Shown here one piece after another: positions 10,744 through 22,999 of a stretch of DNA of 64,000 bases. The stretch is from positions 21,516,001 to 21,580,000 of the forward strand of contig CM075988.1 of the NCBI GenBank assembly GCA_038087875.1. Direction: 5' to 3'. This DNA is from Malacoraja senta. Lineage: Eukaryota. The position numbers and the translations under genes were made by a program. Below the pieces are notes generated by a model. It saw only the letters and a program-made list of their open reading frames with translations. It was not told the origin of the DNA and did no database searches. Within the stretch, counting starts at the first letter, position 1; each line of letters begins with the position of its first letter.

Positions 10744-11485
10744 TTAAAAATAAAATACTTCCCCCTAGTCCCATCTACCTGCACTCAGACCATAACCCTC
10801 CATTCCTTTCCCGTCCATATACCCATCCAATCTATTTTTAAAGGATAACATCGAACCTGCCTCCACCACTTCCACTGGAAGCTCATTCCACACAGCTACC
10901 ACTCTCTGAGTAAAGAAGTTCCCCCTAATGTTCCCCCTAAACTTCTGTCCCTTAATTCTCAAGTCATGTCCCCTTGTTTGAATCTTCCCTACTCTCAATG
11001 GGAAAAGCTTATCCACGTCCACTCTGTCTAACCCGCTCATAATTTTAAAGACCTCTATCAAGGTCCCCTCTTAACCTTCTGCGCTCCAAATAATAAAGAC
11101 CTAACTTGTTCAACCTTTCTCTGTAACTTAGTTGCTGAAACCCAGGCAACATTCTAGTAAATCTCCTCTGTACTCTCTCTATTTTGTTGACATCCTTCCT
11201 ATAATTAGGCGACCAAAACTGTACTCCATACTCCAGAATTGGCCTCACCAATGCCTTGTACAATTTTAACATTACATCCCAACTTCTATATTCAATGCTC
11301 TGATTTATAAAGGCCAGCACCCCAAAAGCTTTCTTTACCACCCTATCTACATGAGATTCCACCTTCAGGGAACTATGCACAGTTATTCCTAGATCCCTCT
11401 GTTCAACTGCATTCCTCAATTCGCTACCATTTACCGTGTACGTCCTATTTTGATTTGTCCTGCCGAGATGTAGCACCTCACATTT
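10636..11485 (-). mobile_element. Young CR1/HER1-like LINE 3' fragment
   Basis: ORFs 11045..11476 and 10765..11061 (LYKALVRPILEYGVQFWSP...ERRRLRGDL/IEVFKIM...WNELP) joined by one frameshift. Confidence 0.9.
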
Positions 11486-11669
11486 GTCACGCCCAGAGAT
11501 CCATTACTGCCAAAGCTTTTGTTTCAAGAGTCAAGTCAAGAGTGTTCTAGTGTCAAATGCCCCAGAGAGAATATTGAAATTCTTACTTGCAGCAGCACAA
11601 CAGAATATGTAAACATACTACACATACACACATAAAAACCCGATAATAGTGCAAAATGGCAAAGCCAAT

Positions 11670-11980
11670 GGCGGCATGGTGGCGCAGCAGTCGAGTTGCT
11701 GCCTTACAGCGCCAGAGATCTGGGTTCGATCCTGACAATGGGTACTGTCTGTACGGAGTTTGTACGTTCTCCCCCTGTCCTGCGTGGGTTTTCTCTGAGA
11801 TGTCCGGTTTCCTCCCACACTCCAAAGACGTACAGATTTGTAGGTTAATTGGCTTTGGTAAAAATTGTAACTTCTCCCTAGTGTCAGCAGGATAGCGTTA
11901 GAGTGCGGGGATCGCTGGTCGGAGTAGACTCACTGGGTCGAGGGGCCTGTTTCTGCGCTGTATCTCTAACTTAAACTAAA
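11670..11980 (+). mobile_element. HE1-like SINE
   Basis: Complete head, V-domain and tail. Confidence 0.85.
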
Positions 11981-12005
11981 CAATGCCCCGAAGTCTATGT
12001 CGTTC

Positions 12006-12205
12006 NNNNNNNNNNNNNNNNNNNNNNNNNNNNNNNNNNNNNNNNNNNNNNNNNNNNNNNNNNNNNNNNNNNNNNNNNNNNNNNNNNNNNNNNNNNNNNN
12101 NNNNNNNNNNNNNNNNNNNNNNNNNNNNNNNNNNNNNNNNNNNNNNNNNNNNNNNNNNNNNNNNNNNNNNNNNNNNNNNNNNNNNNNNNNNNNNNNNNNN
12201 NNNNN
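12006..12205. other. Assembly gap (200 N)
   Basis: Run of N. Confidence 1.
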
Positions 12206-12523
12206 TGAAGTGCAAAAGAGTGTTGGGAAAAGAAAGCCCCTTAGAAAAGAAGTTAGAGAAGGAAGTAAAGTTAGAAAATAGACCCTAGAAAAGAAAGAGA
12301 AAGAAAGAAGGAACAATCGCTCTATTATAACTCTTATACCATACTTCATAGAGAAGGAACTACCAACCAAGTCTGTTTTTATTTTACCTCCATTACCAGG
12401 TCCAGATACCTTTTATTTATTTATTTGTTTTTCTAAATTACTATTGCACCTCATGCTTGTAATAGGTCCAAAAACGTAGACCACGTCTTTTGAAATTGGT
12501 CTACTTTGCCTACTAGAGGAATC
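12206..12523 (-). mobile_element. L1-clade LINE 3' end/3' UTR fragment
   Basis: Resembles 1-260 (cccta-gaaaagaaagag; agaccacgtc; actagaggaatct), i.e. the end of ORF2 plus the pyrimidine-rich 3' UTR on the minus strand. Confidence 0.55.
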
Positions 12524-12819
12524 TAAAGTAAATGTTTTAATGCAAGATAATTTTTATATAAAAAAACACTACTTGGATCAGCAAGGATGAAAGTGCTATG
12601 TGTGTGAAGGAACTGCAGATGCTGGTTTAAACCGAAGATAGACGCAAAAAGCTGGAGTAACTCAGCGGACAGGCAGCATCTCTGGAGAGAAGGAATGTGT
12701 GACGTTTCGGGTCGAGACCCTTCTTCATGCTTTGCTGTAGATTCCAGCATTTGTCATCTCTCGTTACAAATTGGATCGATGCAAGAATTTAAGTGGAAGA
12801 TTAACACTGGAGTTTTCAT

Positions 12820-13625
12820 GTTTAGTTGAATTTAGTTTCGAGATACAGCGCGGAAACAGCCCTTCGGCCCAACCGAGTCGGCACCTACCAGCGATCCCCT
12901 CACATTAACACTACCCTACACACACACTAGGGACAATTGCACATTTATACCAAGCCAATTAATCTACAAACTTGTATGCCTTTGGAGTGTGGGAGGAAAC
13001 CGAAGATCTCAGAGGAAACCATGCAGGTCACGGGGAGAACGTTACGACTTTTTTGTTTTAATTTCAAAATAGACTTTATTCAAGTAATAAATATATACAA
13101 TACAGGAACCGTGCAAAAAACTCACCTCGGAGGCTATACAAACATTCAATACGGTTTACACAAATGACACCATTTTTTTTCCCCACCCTTGCCACTCACA
13201 TGGCCCACTGGTGTGGAATCCCTTCCCTTATTTTTGAGGGGCGTCTCCACCCCACCCCTGCCCCCCATGTCCAGCAGCGGAAGGACCCTAGACTGTGGTC
13301 CTCCCCCACCGAGCCTTGGCGTTGGCTGCACCGAGCATCAGTGCGTCACTCAGCACGTACTCCTGCAGTCTGCACTGGGCCAGTCGGCAACATTCCTTGA
13401 CGGACATCCCGCTCGCCGGAGGTCAAGAAAGCTCGGGCAGACCGAGGAGCGTCTTTCACCGAGTTGATGGACCTTCCAGCAGCACTCGATGTCAGTCTCT
13501 GAATGCGTCCTGGGAACAGTCCGTAAATCACAGAGTCCTCTCCGTACAGACAAGCACACATTGTCAGGATCGAACCCGGGTCTCTGGCGCCGTGAGGCAG
13601 TAGCTCTACCGCTGCGCCACTGCGC
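12820..13625 (-). mobile_element. HE1-like SINE interrupted by a Tx1-like fragment
   Basis: SINE halves 12820-13042 and 13540-13625 rejoin at ggagaacgt|ccgtacagac. Confidence 0.8.
13046..13541 (-). mobile_element. Tx1/L1-like LINE 3' end
   Basis: Minus strand (with frameshifts) EDSVIYGLFP.THSETDIECCWK.INSVKDA..SAR...CRLAQCRLQEYVLSDAL.LGAANAKARWG, then aataaa and an A-rich tail. Confidence 0.7.
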
Positions 13626-14112
13626 TGTTGTGGGAAGTTTGCAGTAAAAGTGACGTATTTTCTTCCAGGTAATAAAACACGGGAAAGATTAGCTCCAAAG
13701 CGGATGCCAACTCAGCTAAAGATTTTCAAGGGGAAAATATATTTTTTTAAAGGAATTTTTGTTCAACTGAATGATAGGTTTATGATGGGGGTTTGAGATT
13801 ACGCAGAGGTAATCCAATATTCAAAAAAGATATGAAGATTAACAACTCATCTACATAAAGCAAGTTATCAGATTTACATAGATATGTCCTGTGGTCTGTA
13901 TTCAATCCCACCTAGGGAGAGAGGGGAGATCACAGATATTTAATCACCTAACAGATTGTGGTAACTAAACCAGTCTAGAATCACGAGCCTTTAATTATCA
14001 GATGCATTGGGAACAGAATAATTATCCTCTTTGGGAATTTTAATGAAGTTGGAAATGGGCTAAACGTAAATTGCAAATGGTGTACGGAAGGTTTGGTCTT
14101 GACATCTGGAAG

Positions 14113-14680
14113 ATGCAGAGAGTTGTGGACGCAGCTCAGACCATCACACAAACAACCTCCCTTCCATTGACTCCATCTACACTTCACACTGCCTTGGCAA
14201 GGCCAGCAGCATAACCAAGGACCAGTCTCAACCCGGTCACTCCCTCATCTCCCCTCTCCCATCAGGCAAGCGGTACAGAAGTGTGAAAACGCACACCCCC
14301 AGATTCAAGTCTGAAGAAGGGACCCCAACCCGAAACGTCACCCATTCTTTTTCTGCAGAGATGCTGCCTGACCTGCTGAGTTACTCCAGAACTTTATGAC
14401 TACCTCCATATTCAGGGACAGTTTCTTCCGAGCTGCTATCAGGCAACTGAACCATCCTATCGCCGACTAAACGTGTACCTCATTGAGACCCTCCGACAAT
14501 CCTTAATCATACTTTACTGGACATTATCTTGCACGAAACATTATTCCATTTACCCTGTATCTGTACACTGTGGACGGCTTGATTGTAATCATGTATTGTC
14601 TTTTTGCTGACTGGATAGATCGCAACAAAAAAGCTTTTCACTGTACTTTGGTACACGTGACAATAATAACTAAACTAAGC
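14113..14680 (+). mobile_element. Old Rex1/Babar-like 3' end with a PLE terminal unit inserted at about 14309-14406
   Basis: QRVVDAAQTIT...HCLGKASSI..D...PGHSL.SPLPSGKRYRS; the PLE unit begins gtctgaagaaggg. Confidence 0.75.
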
Positions 14681-14845
14681 GTTCAAAGCTCTTTCCTACA
14701 TTCCCACAATTATTTTATGCTCTGACATTGCTTAAACAGTCATTGGAAAACCTTGTTAGACACAGATGATCAGCCATGATCACATTGAATGGCGGTGCTG
14801 GCTCGAAGGGGCGAATGGCCTACTCCTGCACCTATTGTCTATTAA

Positions 14846-15130
14846 CTGAGAGATGGCTGAGAGGCAAGCGAGAGATATGGAAGGTACATAGAACAAATGA
14901 ATGAAGATATGCAAAAAGCAATGACAATCGGGGAAAGGTGGAGCCCACAATGGTCACTTGTTGGCTGTGGGGTAGGTGATAAGGAGTGGTACAGACAGTG
15001 AAACTCAACAGGACGACATTGAAACTAGGACGACAACTAGGGTGTGGGGGGGGGGAGTGGGGACAGAGGGAAAGGGGATGCAAGGGTTACTTGAAGTTAG
15101 AGAAATCAATATTCATAGCGCTGGGTTGTA
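14846..15130 (-). mobile_element. PLE 3' region remnant
   Basis: Minus strand ...cccagcgctatgaatattgatttctctaacttcaagtaa (GIY-YIG ORF end) plus the 3' UTR seen at 61200-61480. Confidence 0.75.
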
Positions 15131-15209
15131 AACCAGGATCTGCTGTTCCTCCCCTACACAGTTTGACTGTACACATTGCCTTTGCCCGCTGTGGCTCATC
15201 ACTTGTTAA

Positions 15210-15222
15210 CCAGCAGGGGGCG
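15210..15222 (+). promoter_or_regulatory. Candidate CTCF site
   Basis: CCAGCAGGGGGCG matches the CTCF core consensus and lies in non-repeat sequence; motif match only. Confidence 0.3.
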
Positions 15223-15282
15223 TTTGGAGAGTAAAGGACAATGGTCACATGCCAATGCTCATGTCCCTGCTATTGGAACTAA

Positions 15283-15893
15283 AGGCTCTGTCTTACCTGT
15301 TTGCGGTCATCGGCGGTGAAGCGCGGCGTCGCCGGTAGCGAGGACCGCGCGGGCAACGGCGAGAGCGTCGAGCCTATCCACCGGAGCGCCGCACGGATGC
15401 TGCGCGGGGGGGCCGAGTTAATTCAAACACGGCGGGTCCCACGTGCTTGCGGGTAAGTAAATAAAAAGGGGCGGGCCGACTGCGATGACGTCGGCCCGCC
15501 GCACGTGACTCACCAGCGGCGGCTGTGGCAGTGGAGGTTTGACGCACGGCGCTCGAGCCATACTGGCGGCGGCCCGTGCGAGCGGCCGTGCCTCACTGGC
15601 GGCGGCACGTGCCTCACTGGCGGAGGCTGTGGCAGTGGAGGTTTGACGCACGGCGCTCGAGCCATACTGGCGGCGGCCCGTGCGAGCGGCCGTGCCGCAC
15701 TCGTGCATCACTGGTGGAGGTTGTGCGGTGAGTATTTAGTTTTGGACATTGTCGATTTTATTTTAGCACCGCGCGGTGTTGGGAACACCGCCGCACGGCC
15801 CGGGGAATTGTACTTTCTCACGAGTGCGCGGTCTATGGCGGCAGATTCTTCCCGTTTTGCCGCCATAGACCGCAGACTCGTGAGACAGGCCTT
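15283..15893 (+). mobile_element. CpG-rich Harbinger-type MITE, family A copy 2 (internal duplication)
   Basis: TAA at 15280-15282 and 15894-15896; same TIRs; a block of about 75 bp repeated at about 15517 and 15620. Confidence 0.8.
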
Positions 15894-16019
15894 TAAGGAT
15901 ATTACTGATGTAACATGCAATAGGTAGGATGACCCTGGTGTAGGTCCAGCAGAAGACTCTTCACTGCTTTGCATCGGCAAGTTAGTTCATAAAATGTAGA
16001 TTCAAGGAACTGCAGATGC

Positions 16020-16552
16020 TAGTTTAGTTTAGAGATGCCGCACAGAAACTGGACCTTTGGACCACCGATGGCAGACACAATACAACTGGAGTAACTCAGC
16101 AGGTCAGACAGCATCTCTGGAGAAAAGGAATAGGCGATGTTTTGGATCGAAACCCTTCTTCAGAGCAGCCTGAAGAAAGGACTTGACCTGAAACGTCGCC
16201 TATTCCTTTTCTACAGACACGCTGTCTGATTCACTAAGTTACCCCGGCCTTTTGTGTTTATCTTTGGTTTAATCCAGCATCTGCAGTCCCTTCCTACGCC
16301 TTTGGCCGACAGAGTCCGTGCCAACCAGCGATCCCCGCACGCCAACACTACACTACAATGATACCAAGCCAATTAACCTACAAACCTGTACGTCTTTGGA
16401 GTGTGGAAGGAAACCGGAGCACCCGGAGAAAAGCCACACCGGTCACGGGGAGAACGTACAGACTCCATACAGACTGCACCCTTAGTCAGGATCAAGCCCA
16501 GGTCTCTGGCACTGTGAGGCAGCAACTCTACCGCTGCGTCACCGTGACGCCC
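16020..16552 (-). mobile_element. HE1-like SINE containing a PLE fold-back (about 16070-16298)
   Basis: SINE tail 16020-16068, body resumes about 16300; inverted PLE units lie between. Confidence 0.75.
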
Positions 16553-17241
16553 TTTTTTTTAAAACAAAAAAATGGCAAAGTGCTTGAGGTAGCTCAGTAG
16601 GTCAATGATTCAATAATACTTTATTGTCACATGTACCTAGGTACAGTGAAACATTTTGTTTTGAGTACAACAAGGTAAAATGATACAGCAGAACTCACCG
16701 AGGCACCACACAAGAGGTTCTGGTGCCAAAATCAGGCAGCATCTCTAGTTTAGGTTTAGCTTATTGTTGTCACGTGTACCGAGTTACAGTGACAAGCTTA
16801 TTTGGTGCATGGTATCTAGTCAGCAAAAAGACTACATGATTACAATCAAGCCGTCCACCGTATACAGATACAGGATAAAGGGAATGACATTTGGTGCAAG
16901 ATAAAGTCCAGTAAAGTCCGGTTAAAGATAGTTTGAAGGCCTCCAATGAGATAGATAGTAGGTCAGGACTGCTCTCTAGTTGGTGATAGGATGGTGATAG
17001 GATGCCTTGAAAGGACATGGGTATTTGATGCTTTGTGTCAGGACTCTTCTTCATAACAAGAAACGTTGCTATCTATTCCCTCCACAGATGCTGCCTGACC
17101 CTCGGAGTTACTCCAGCACTTTGTGTTTTATTTGTTCATAAAATCTTGGATACCCAGAACCAAGCATCTGCCCACATGCGCCAACATCTTCCGCACCACT
17201 GCAGCTGTCGCCAGCGATAGAGTTGGTGAAATGCAAACTAA

Positions 17242-17498
17242 TAGCCCTGTCCCACGGTACGAGTTCATTCCAAGAGCTCTCCCGAGCTTAAAAAAAATCA
17301 AACTGGTGGTACGCAAGGAGAATGAACGTAGCGGGTACGTCGGAGCTCGGGGACGTCTCTTAGCGCTAACGGCAGGTACTCGGGAAGACTCGCTAACGGC
17401 AGGTAAGCACGGGAAGACTCGGGAAGATTTTTCAACATGATGAAAAATGTCCACGAGAGCCCCGAGTACCGACGAGCGGCCATCACCGTAAATCTCCG
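17242..17498. mobile_element. Harbinger-type MITE, family B copy 1 (right end lost)
   Basis: TAA + TAGCCCTGTCCCACGGTACGAG; body matches 51671-52000 but is cut at aatctccg and joined to a SINE. Confidence 0.8.
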
Positions 17499-17803
17499 CA
17501 GTGATAGAGTTGTTGCCTTACAGCGCCAGCCACCAGAGACCCGGGTTCGAATCCCGACTAAGGGTGCTGTCTGTATGGAGTTTGTATGTTCTCCCCGTGA
17601 CCGCGTGGGTTTTCTCCGAGATCTTCGGTTTCCTCCCACAGTCCAAAGGCGTACAGGTTTGTCGGCTAATTGGCTTGGTATGAATGTAAATTGTCCCGAG
17701 TGTGTGTAGGATAGTGTTAGTGTGCGGGGGTGGCTGGTCGGTGCGGACTCGGTGGGCTGTAGGCCTGTTTCCTTGCTGTATCTCTAAACTAAATTAAACT
17801 AAA
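17499..17803 (+). mobile_element. HE1-like SINE (5' truncated)
   Basis: B box, V-domain and tail present. Confidence 0.8.
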
Positions 17804-18239
17804 ATTGTCTGCCTTTCCACAGGAATGTGTACAGACAAAAGGAACATAAAAGGCGGATTGTAGTTAATAACTCCAACATTTGGAGTAAATAACACAACAC
17901 ATTCCAGGTTAATTAGTAGGCAGAGTATCTATTCTACACAACATGTCTGATGCATATTTATACCTTGTCATATGTATCTGCTAATGGTAAAACATATCTT
18001 GAGAAACTCCGTTGCTGCCTTAAAATGAATTGTGTTCCTTAACAAGGTAAATTAATCAAAACCTGAATGAAAAGTCTGCATTAGGAACTAATTTGTTCCT
18101 TAAACTGGCCGCAGCCAATCTCAATCCACAGCAAAAACAAACTGCAGGAGGAACTCAGCAGGTCAGGCAGCATCAGCGGAAGGAAACGGACGGTTAACAT
18201 TTTGGGTCGGGCACCTTTTTCAGACTGATGATAGTGAAC

Positions 18240-18775
18240 AAGTTGCTGGAGTAACTCAGCGGGTCAGGCAGCAGCAGCTCTGTAGAGAAGGGACAGATGA
18301 CGTTTCGGGTCGGAACCCTTCTTCAGACTGAAAGGAGGGATTGGGGGGGGGAAATTGGAGGCAGGAAAAGACCAGATCAAATCAGGGCTGGCAGCGGATG
18401 ACCAAGGAAGAGTGGGGAAGAGGTGGGGAAGAGGTGAGGGCAAAGGGATACGGGGATGTGAACAGTGGTACTAGGGGCAGTGGGGGGATGGGGGGAGGTG
18501 GGGGATGGGTGGAGGGGGGTGGGGGGAGTGAGGGGAGGGGTTGGGGGCGGTGGGGGGGATGGGGGGATGGGGGAGGGGGAGGAATGGGGGAGGGGGGGTA
18601 GTGGGGATATGCAGGGAGGGGTGGATGGGGGGAGGTGGAGGATGGGAGGAGGGGGGAGGGGGGTGGGGGGAGGGGTTGGGGTGGTAGGGGGATGGGGACG
18701 GAATGGGGAATGGGGGGATGGGAGGAAAGAGGGAATGCAGGGGTTAGTTGAACTTTTTGGAAATCAACGTTCATA
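18240..18775 (-). mobile_element. PLE 3' end with expanded G/C-rich low-complexity 3' UTR
   Basis: Minus strand atgaacgttgatttcc (MNVDF, ORF end) followed by a C-rich tract and an intact core at 18299-18326. Confidence 0.7.
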
Positions 18776-18790
18776 TAGCTGGGAAGAAGT

Positions 18791-19070
18791 TGTTAGTTTA
18801 GTTTAGAGATACAGCGCAGAAACAGCCCCTTCGGCCCACCGAGTCTGTACCGACCAGCGACTAGGGACTATTTACATTTACCAACAATCAATCTACAAAC
18901 CTGTACGTCTTTGGACTGTGGGAGGAAACCGAAGGTCTCGGAGAAAACCCACACAGGTCACGGGGAGAACGTACAAACTCCGTACAGACAGCTGCCGTAG
19001 TCGGGATCGAACCCGGGTCTCTGGCGCTGTGAGCGCTGTAAGGCAGCATCTCTACCGCTGAGCCACTGTA
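18791..19070 (-). mobile_element. HE1-like SINE
   Basis: Head, V-domain, tail. Confidence 0.8.
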
Positions 19071-19776
19071 AACCAAGCTGTTCCTGAAGCTGGTGGACAC
19101 ACAATTCTCAGGCTCCTGTACCTTCTTTTCCCGATGAGATCGTTCTGTACACATTTTACACACAAGGCGTCCTGTAGCAGAGGTGAAGAAACGTGTTACT
19201 CTAAAATTAGAATCATTGCCATGCACAACAGCCCACAGTAAATGAATATCTGTCAGCAAATTTGATTTGCACACAAGTCCTATCAAGCTATTGTCACTTT
19301 AAGTAGCTGTTTATATTAATCCCTAAACGGTTGTGCCAGCAGGTTTTCAAAGCACTGAGATTCGGAAAGATATTACAATGAAATCTTCACGGAGCTTGCT
19401 GAGATGAAAATATTTCACAATTGCCGCAGTTGAGATTTCTCCTTTGACTTGAACAAAGGTGGCTCGGAGGTGTGACATTTGCAAACGCCAGCCATTGCTC
19501 ACAGCTCCATGAAAACACACGCAGGCTCTGTGCTGGTGTTCGTGTCGCCTGAGTATTTGGTGTACGTGCAGGGAAACGCCGAGAGAATTAAAAATAGACC
19601 CATTTTCACACTTTAAGCCCGGAATAAATCTAGCATGCGAATTATTAGCTTGCGGAAAAAAGGATCTGCAGATGCCGGTTTACAAACAAAAAAAGACACA
19701 AAGTGCTGGAGGAACTCCTTGTTCACCAGAGATGCAGAGTTCCTCCAGCACTTTGTGTTTCGCTCATTATTCAAAA

Positions 19777-20228
19777 GACAATAGACAATAGACAATAGGT
19801 GCAGGAGTAGGCCATTCGGCCCTTCGAGCCAGCACCGCCATTCAATGTGATCATGGCTGATCATCCCCAATCAGTACCCCGTTCCTGCCTTCTCCCCATA
19901 TCCCCTGACTCCGCTATTTTTAAGAGCCCTATCTAGCTCTCTCTTGAAAGCATCCAGAGAACCTGCCTCCTCCGCCCTCTGAGGCAGAGAATTCCACAGA
20001 CTCACCACTCTCTGTGAGAAAAAGTGTTTCCTCGTTTCCGTTCTAAATGGCTTACTCCTTATTCTTAAACTGTGTGTGGCCCCTGGTTCTGGACTCCCCC
20101 AACATCGGGAACATGTTTCCTGCCTCTAGCACGTCCAAGCCCTTAACAATCTTATATGTTTCAATGAGATGCCCTCTCATCCTTCTAAACTCGAGAGCGT
20201 ACAAGCCCAGCTGCTCCATTCTCTCATT
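19777..20228 (-). mobile_element. CR1/HER1-like LINE 3' end with (CTATTGT)n tail
   Basis: ERMEQLGLYALEFRRMRGHLIETYKIVKGLD...; near-identical copies at 25690, 34745 and 38614. Confidence 0.9.
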
Positions 20229-20984
20229 CCAAAACATCTTCGATAGCTTGGGTTGGATTCCCCAGTTCACCAGACAGGGTTGTCCCCACTGAATCCAGGT
20301 GTTCAGATGGACTAAAATCCACACTAAGCCTGCTGGAGATAGACACAACAAGCTGGAGTAACTCAGCGGGTCAGGCAGCATCTCTGGAGAGAAGGAATGG
20401 GTGACGTTTTGGGTCGGGACCCTTCTTCAGACTGCTGAACCAGGAAGCACACAAGTGGACAACATCCCCCATCTCTTGCTCTGCAAAACTGACAAGATTA
20501 CTGTGCTTAGTCTGAGGAAGGAGAAGGGTCTCGACCTGAAATGCCACCCATACCTTCTCTCCAGAGACGCTGCCGGTCCCGCTGAGTTACTCCAGCTTGT
20601 TGTGTCTATCTTGGGTGTAAACCAACATCTGCCCAAGACTACCGTGCTGTATGCTTCATCTGTTGTGTCTCAGTACAAAGTTCATCAGAATGCATTCCAC
20701 ATTTTCAGTCGGGGCCGTGAGACTGAAGAGGAGGGAGTACCAGCAGATGGTGACCGTTTGCACCAGGTAAAGGTCACACTCTGCCTGCACGGAAAGAGGA
20801 TGATGGATGAGGTCAGGTGCCTGCACCAGCCTGCACTCCAAGGCATTATTACTGCACATACGGAGGCACTCAGTCCAAGATCAACAATCGCTAACCTATT
20901 AAGCTACAAACCTGTACGTCTTTGGAGTGTGGGAGGAAATCGGAGTTCTCGGAGAAAACCCACGCAGTGCTGCATTATAGTCTA

Positions 20985-21778
20985 AGGTGGCACAGTGGAG
21001 CAGTGGTAGAATTGCTGCCTCACAGCACCAGAGACCCGGGTTCAATCCTGACTACGGGTGCTGTTTGGCTAGACAGAGTTTGTCCATTCTCCCTGTGACG
21101 CCGTGGGGCTTCTCCTCCCACATTCCAAAGACATACTGGTTTGCAGGTTAATTGGCTTCTGTAGATTGTCCCTAGCGTGTAGGGTAGAACTAGTGCAGGG
21201 GTACACAAAAATGCTGGAGAAACTCAGCGGGTGCAGCAGCATCTATGGAGCGAAGGAAATAGGCAACGTTTCGGGCCGAAACCCTTCTTCAGACTTTTGT
21301 CTACCTAAGATTTATTTTTCCCTGGATAGAAGGAATGGGCAAGGTTTCGGCCCGGGACTCTTCTTCAGACTCTGGTCGAGACCCGAAACGTCACCCATTC
21401 CTTCTATCCTGAGATGCTGCCTGTCCCGCTGAGTTACTCCAGCATTTTGCATCTAACTTCAGTGTAAACAAGCATCTGCAGTTCCTTGCTACACAAGATT
21501 TATTTTCTGTTTAGGATATGAACAGCATTAAACGTTAAACACGTAACCCTTAATTGCCCATGACTGAAGAAGGGTTTCGGCCCGAAACGTTGCCTATTTC
21601 CTTCACTCCATAGATGCTGCTGCACCCGCTGAGTTTCTCCAGCATTTTTGTGTACCTTCGATTTTCCAGCATCTGCAGTTCCTTCTTTAACACTAGTGCA
21701 GGGGTGATCGCTGGTCGGTGCGGACTCGGTGGGCCGAAGGGCCTGTTTCCGCTCCATATCTCTAAAACTAAAACTAAA
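20985..21778 (+). mobile_element. HE1-like SINE interrupted by a cluster of PLE terminal units (about 21200-21690)
   Basis: actagtgcagggg(t) duplicated at about 21189 and 21692; intact cores at 21265-21292 (-) and 21564-21591 (+). Confidence 0.75.
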
Positions 21779-21779
21779 T

Positions 21780-22342
21780 GGAAATGAGGCATGGGTGAGG
21801 CCACATTAAGAATATTGTGTTCAGTTCTGGGCATCATGTTATAGGAAAGATGTTGTCGTTGGATAGGGACCAGAGAAGATTTACGAGGACGTTGCAAGGA
21901 CTCGCGGGTGTGAGCAATAGGGAGAGGTTGAGCAGGCTGGGACTTCCATGGAGCGCAGGAGGATGAGGGGAGATCTTATAGAGGTGTACAAAATCATGAG
22001 AGGAATAGATCGGGTAGATGCACAGAGTCTCTTGCCCAGAGTTGGTGAATCGAGGACCAGAGGACATAGGTTCAAGGTGAAGGGGAAAAGATTTAATAGG
22101 AATCCGAGGGGTAACATTTTCACACAAAGGGTGGTGGGTGTATGGAACAAGCTGCCAGAGGAGGTAGTTGAGGCTGAGACTATCCCATTGTTTAAGAAAC
22201 AATTAGACAGGTACATGGATAGGACAGGTTTGGAGGGATATGGACCAAGCGCAGGCAAGTGGGACTATTGCAGCTGGGACATTGTTGGCCGGTGAGGGCG
22301 AGTTGGGCCCAAAGGCCTGTTTCCGCACTGTATCACTCTATT
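21780..22342 (+). mobile_element. CR1/HER1-like LINE 3' fragment
   Basis: ORF 21948..22295 MERRRMRGDLIEVYKIMRGIDRVD...WNKLPEEVVEA, ending in the SINE-shared tail. Confidence 0.9.
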
Positions 22343-22999
22343 TCTGATTTCACATCTGATTTCACTTTGCTTTTGTGCCTGCAAGCTGATACCTTAGGAG
22401 ACAGGTCCATATAGGGAACGCATACAAACGTTTGCCAAAGTGGATTCACTGGTAAAACTGGTCTCTTCTGGTTATCTTGCTTCCATGTGGAAAATCTCAA
22501 TCCATCAACAGACTTTCAAAACCTCTTCAAAGTCTTTGAAAATCCAAGAGCTGTAGATGCAGAAATCTTTGTTTCGCTTTTCCTTCTGGTTCTTTACTCC
22601 ATAAATGAGCAGGTATAAGATCGCACATTCCTCCTTTAGAGATTCACCACTGGCTGTCCACCATCATGTCTGTTATTTCAACACCTTAACCATTGTTAAT
22701 GCAATAACTTAAAGCAAATATACAATACAATACCACACAACACAATACATTACAATACAGTACAATAACTGCAGCATTTTCAACAATGCTTTTTGTGCAG
22801 TGAAAATGCAGAGGTAGAAATTGGAAAATGTAAACCAATAATGACAACCATTATGATTAAATGACTTTCTAAATTGCATTACTAACTTAGATTGCATGAC
22901 AAGGCTTCTGAATGAAGGAAAATGCGCCATTTCTAGGGTAGAATTAATCCCTGTCATCCTGTAGAATGCAAGGGGTTAATTTGGAATTGGGTTAATTTC

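Noticed and set aside
11966..12370. ORFs spanning the N run
   Set aside because: Artefacts of the assembly gap.
18341..18806. Proline-rich and glycine-rich ORFs
   Set aside because: Translation of a G/C low-complexity tract within a PLE 3' UTR.
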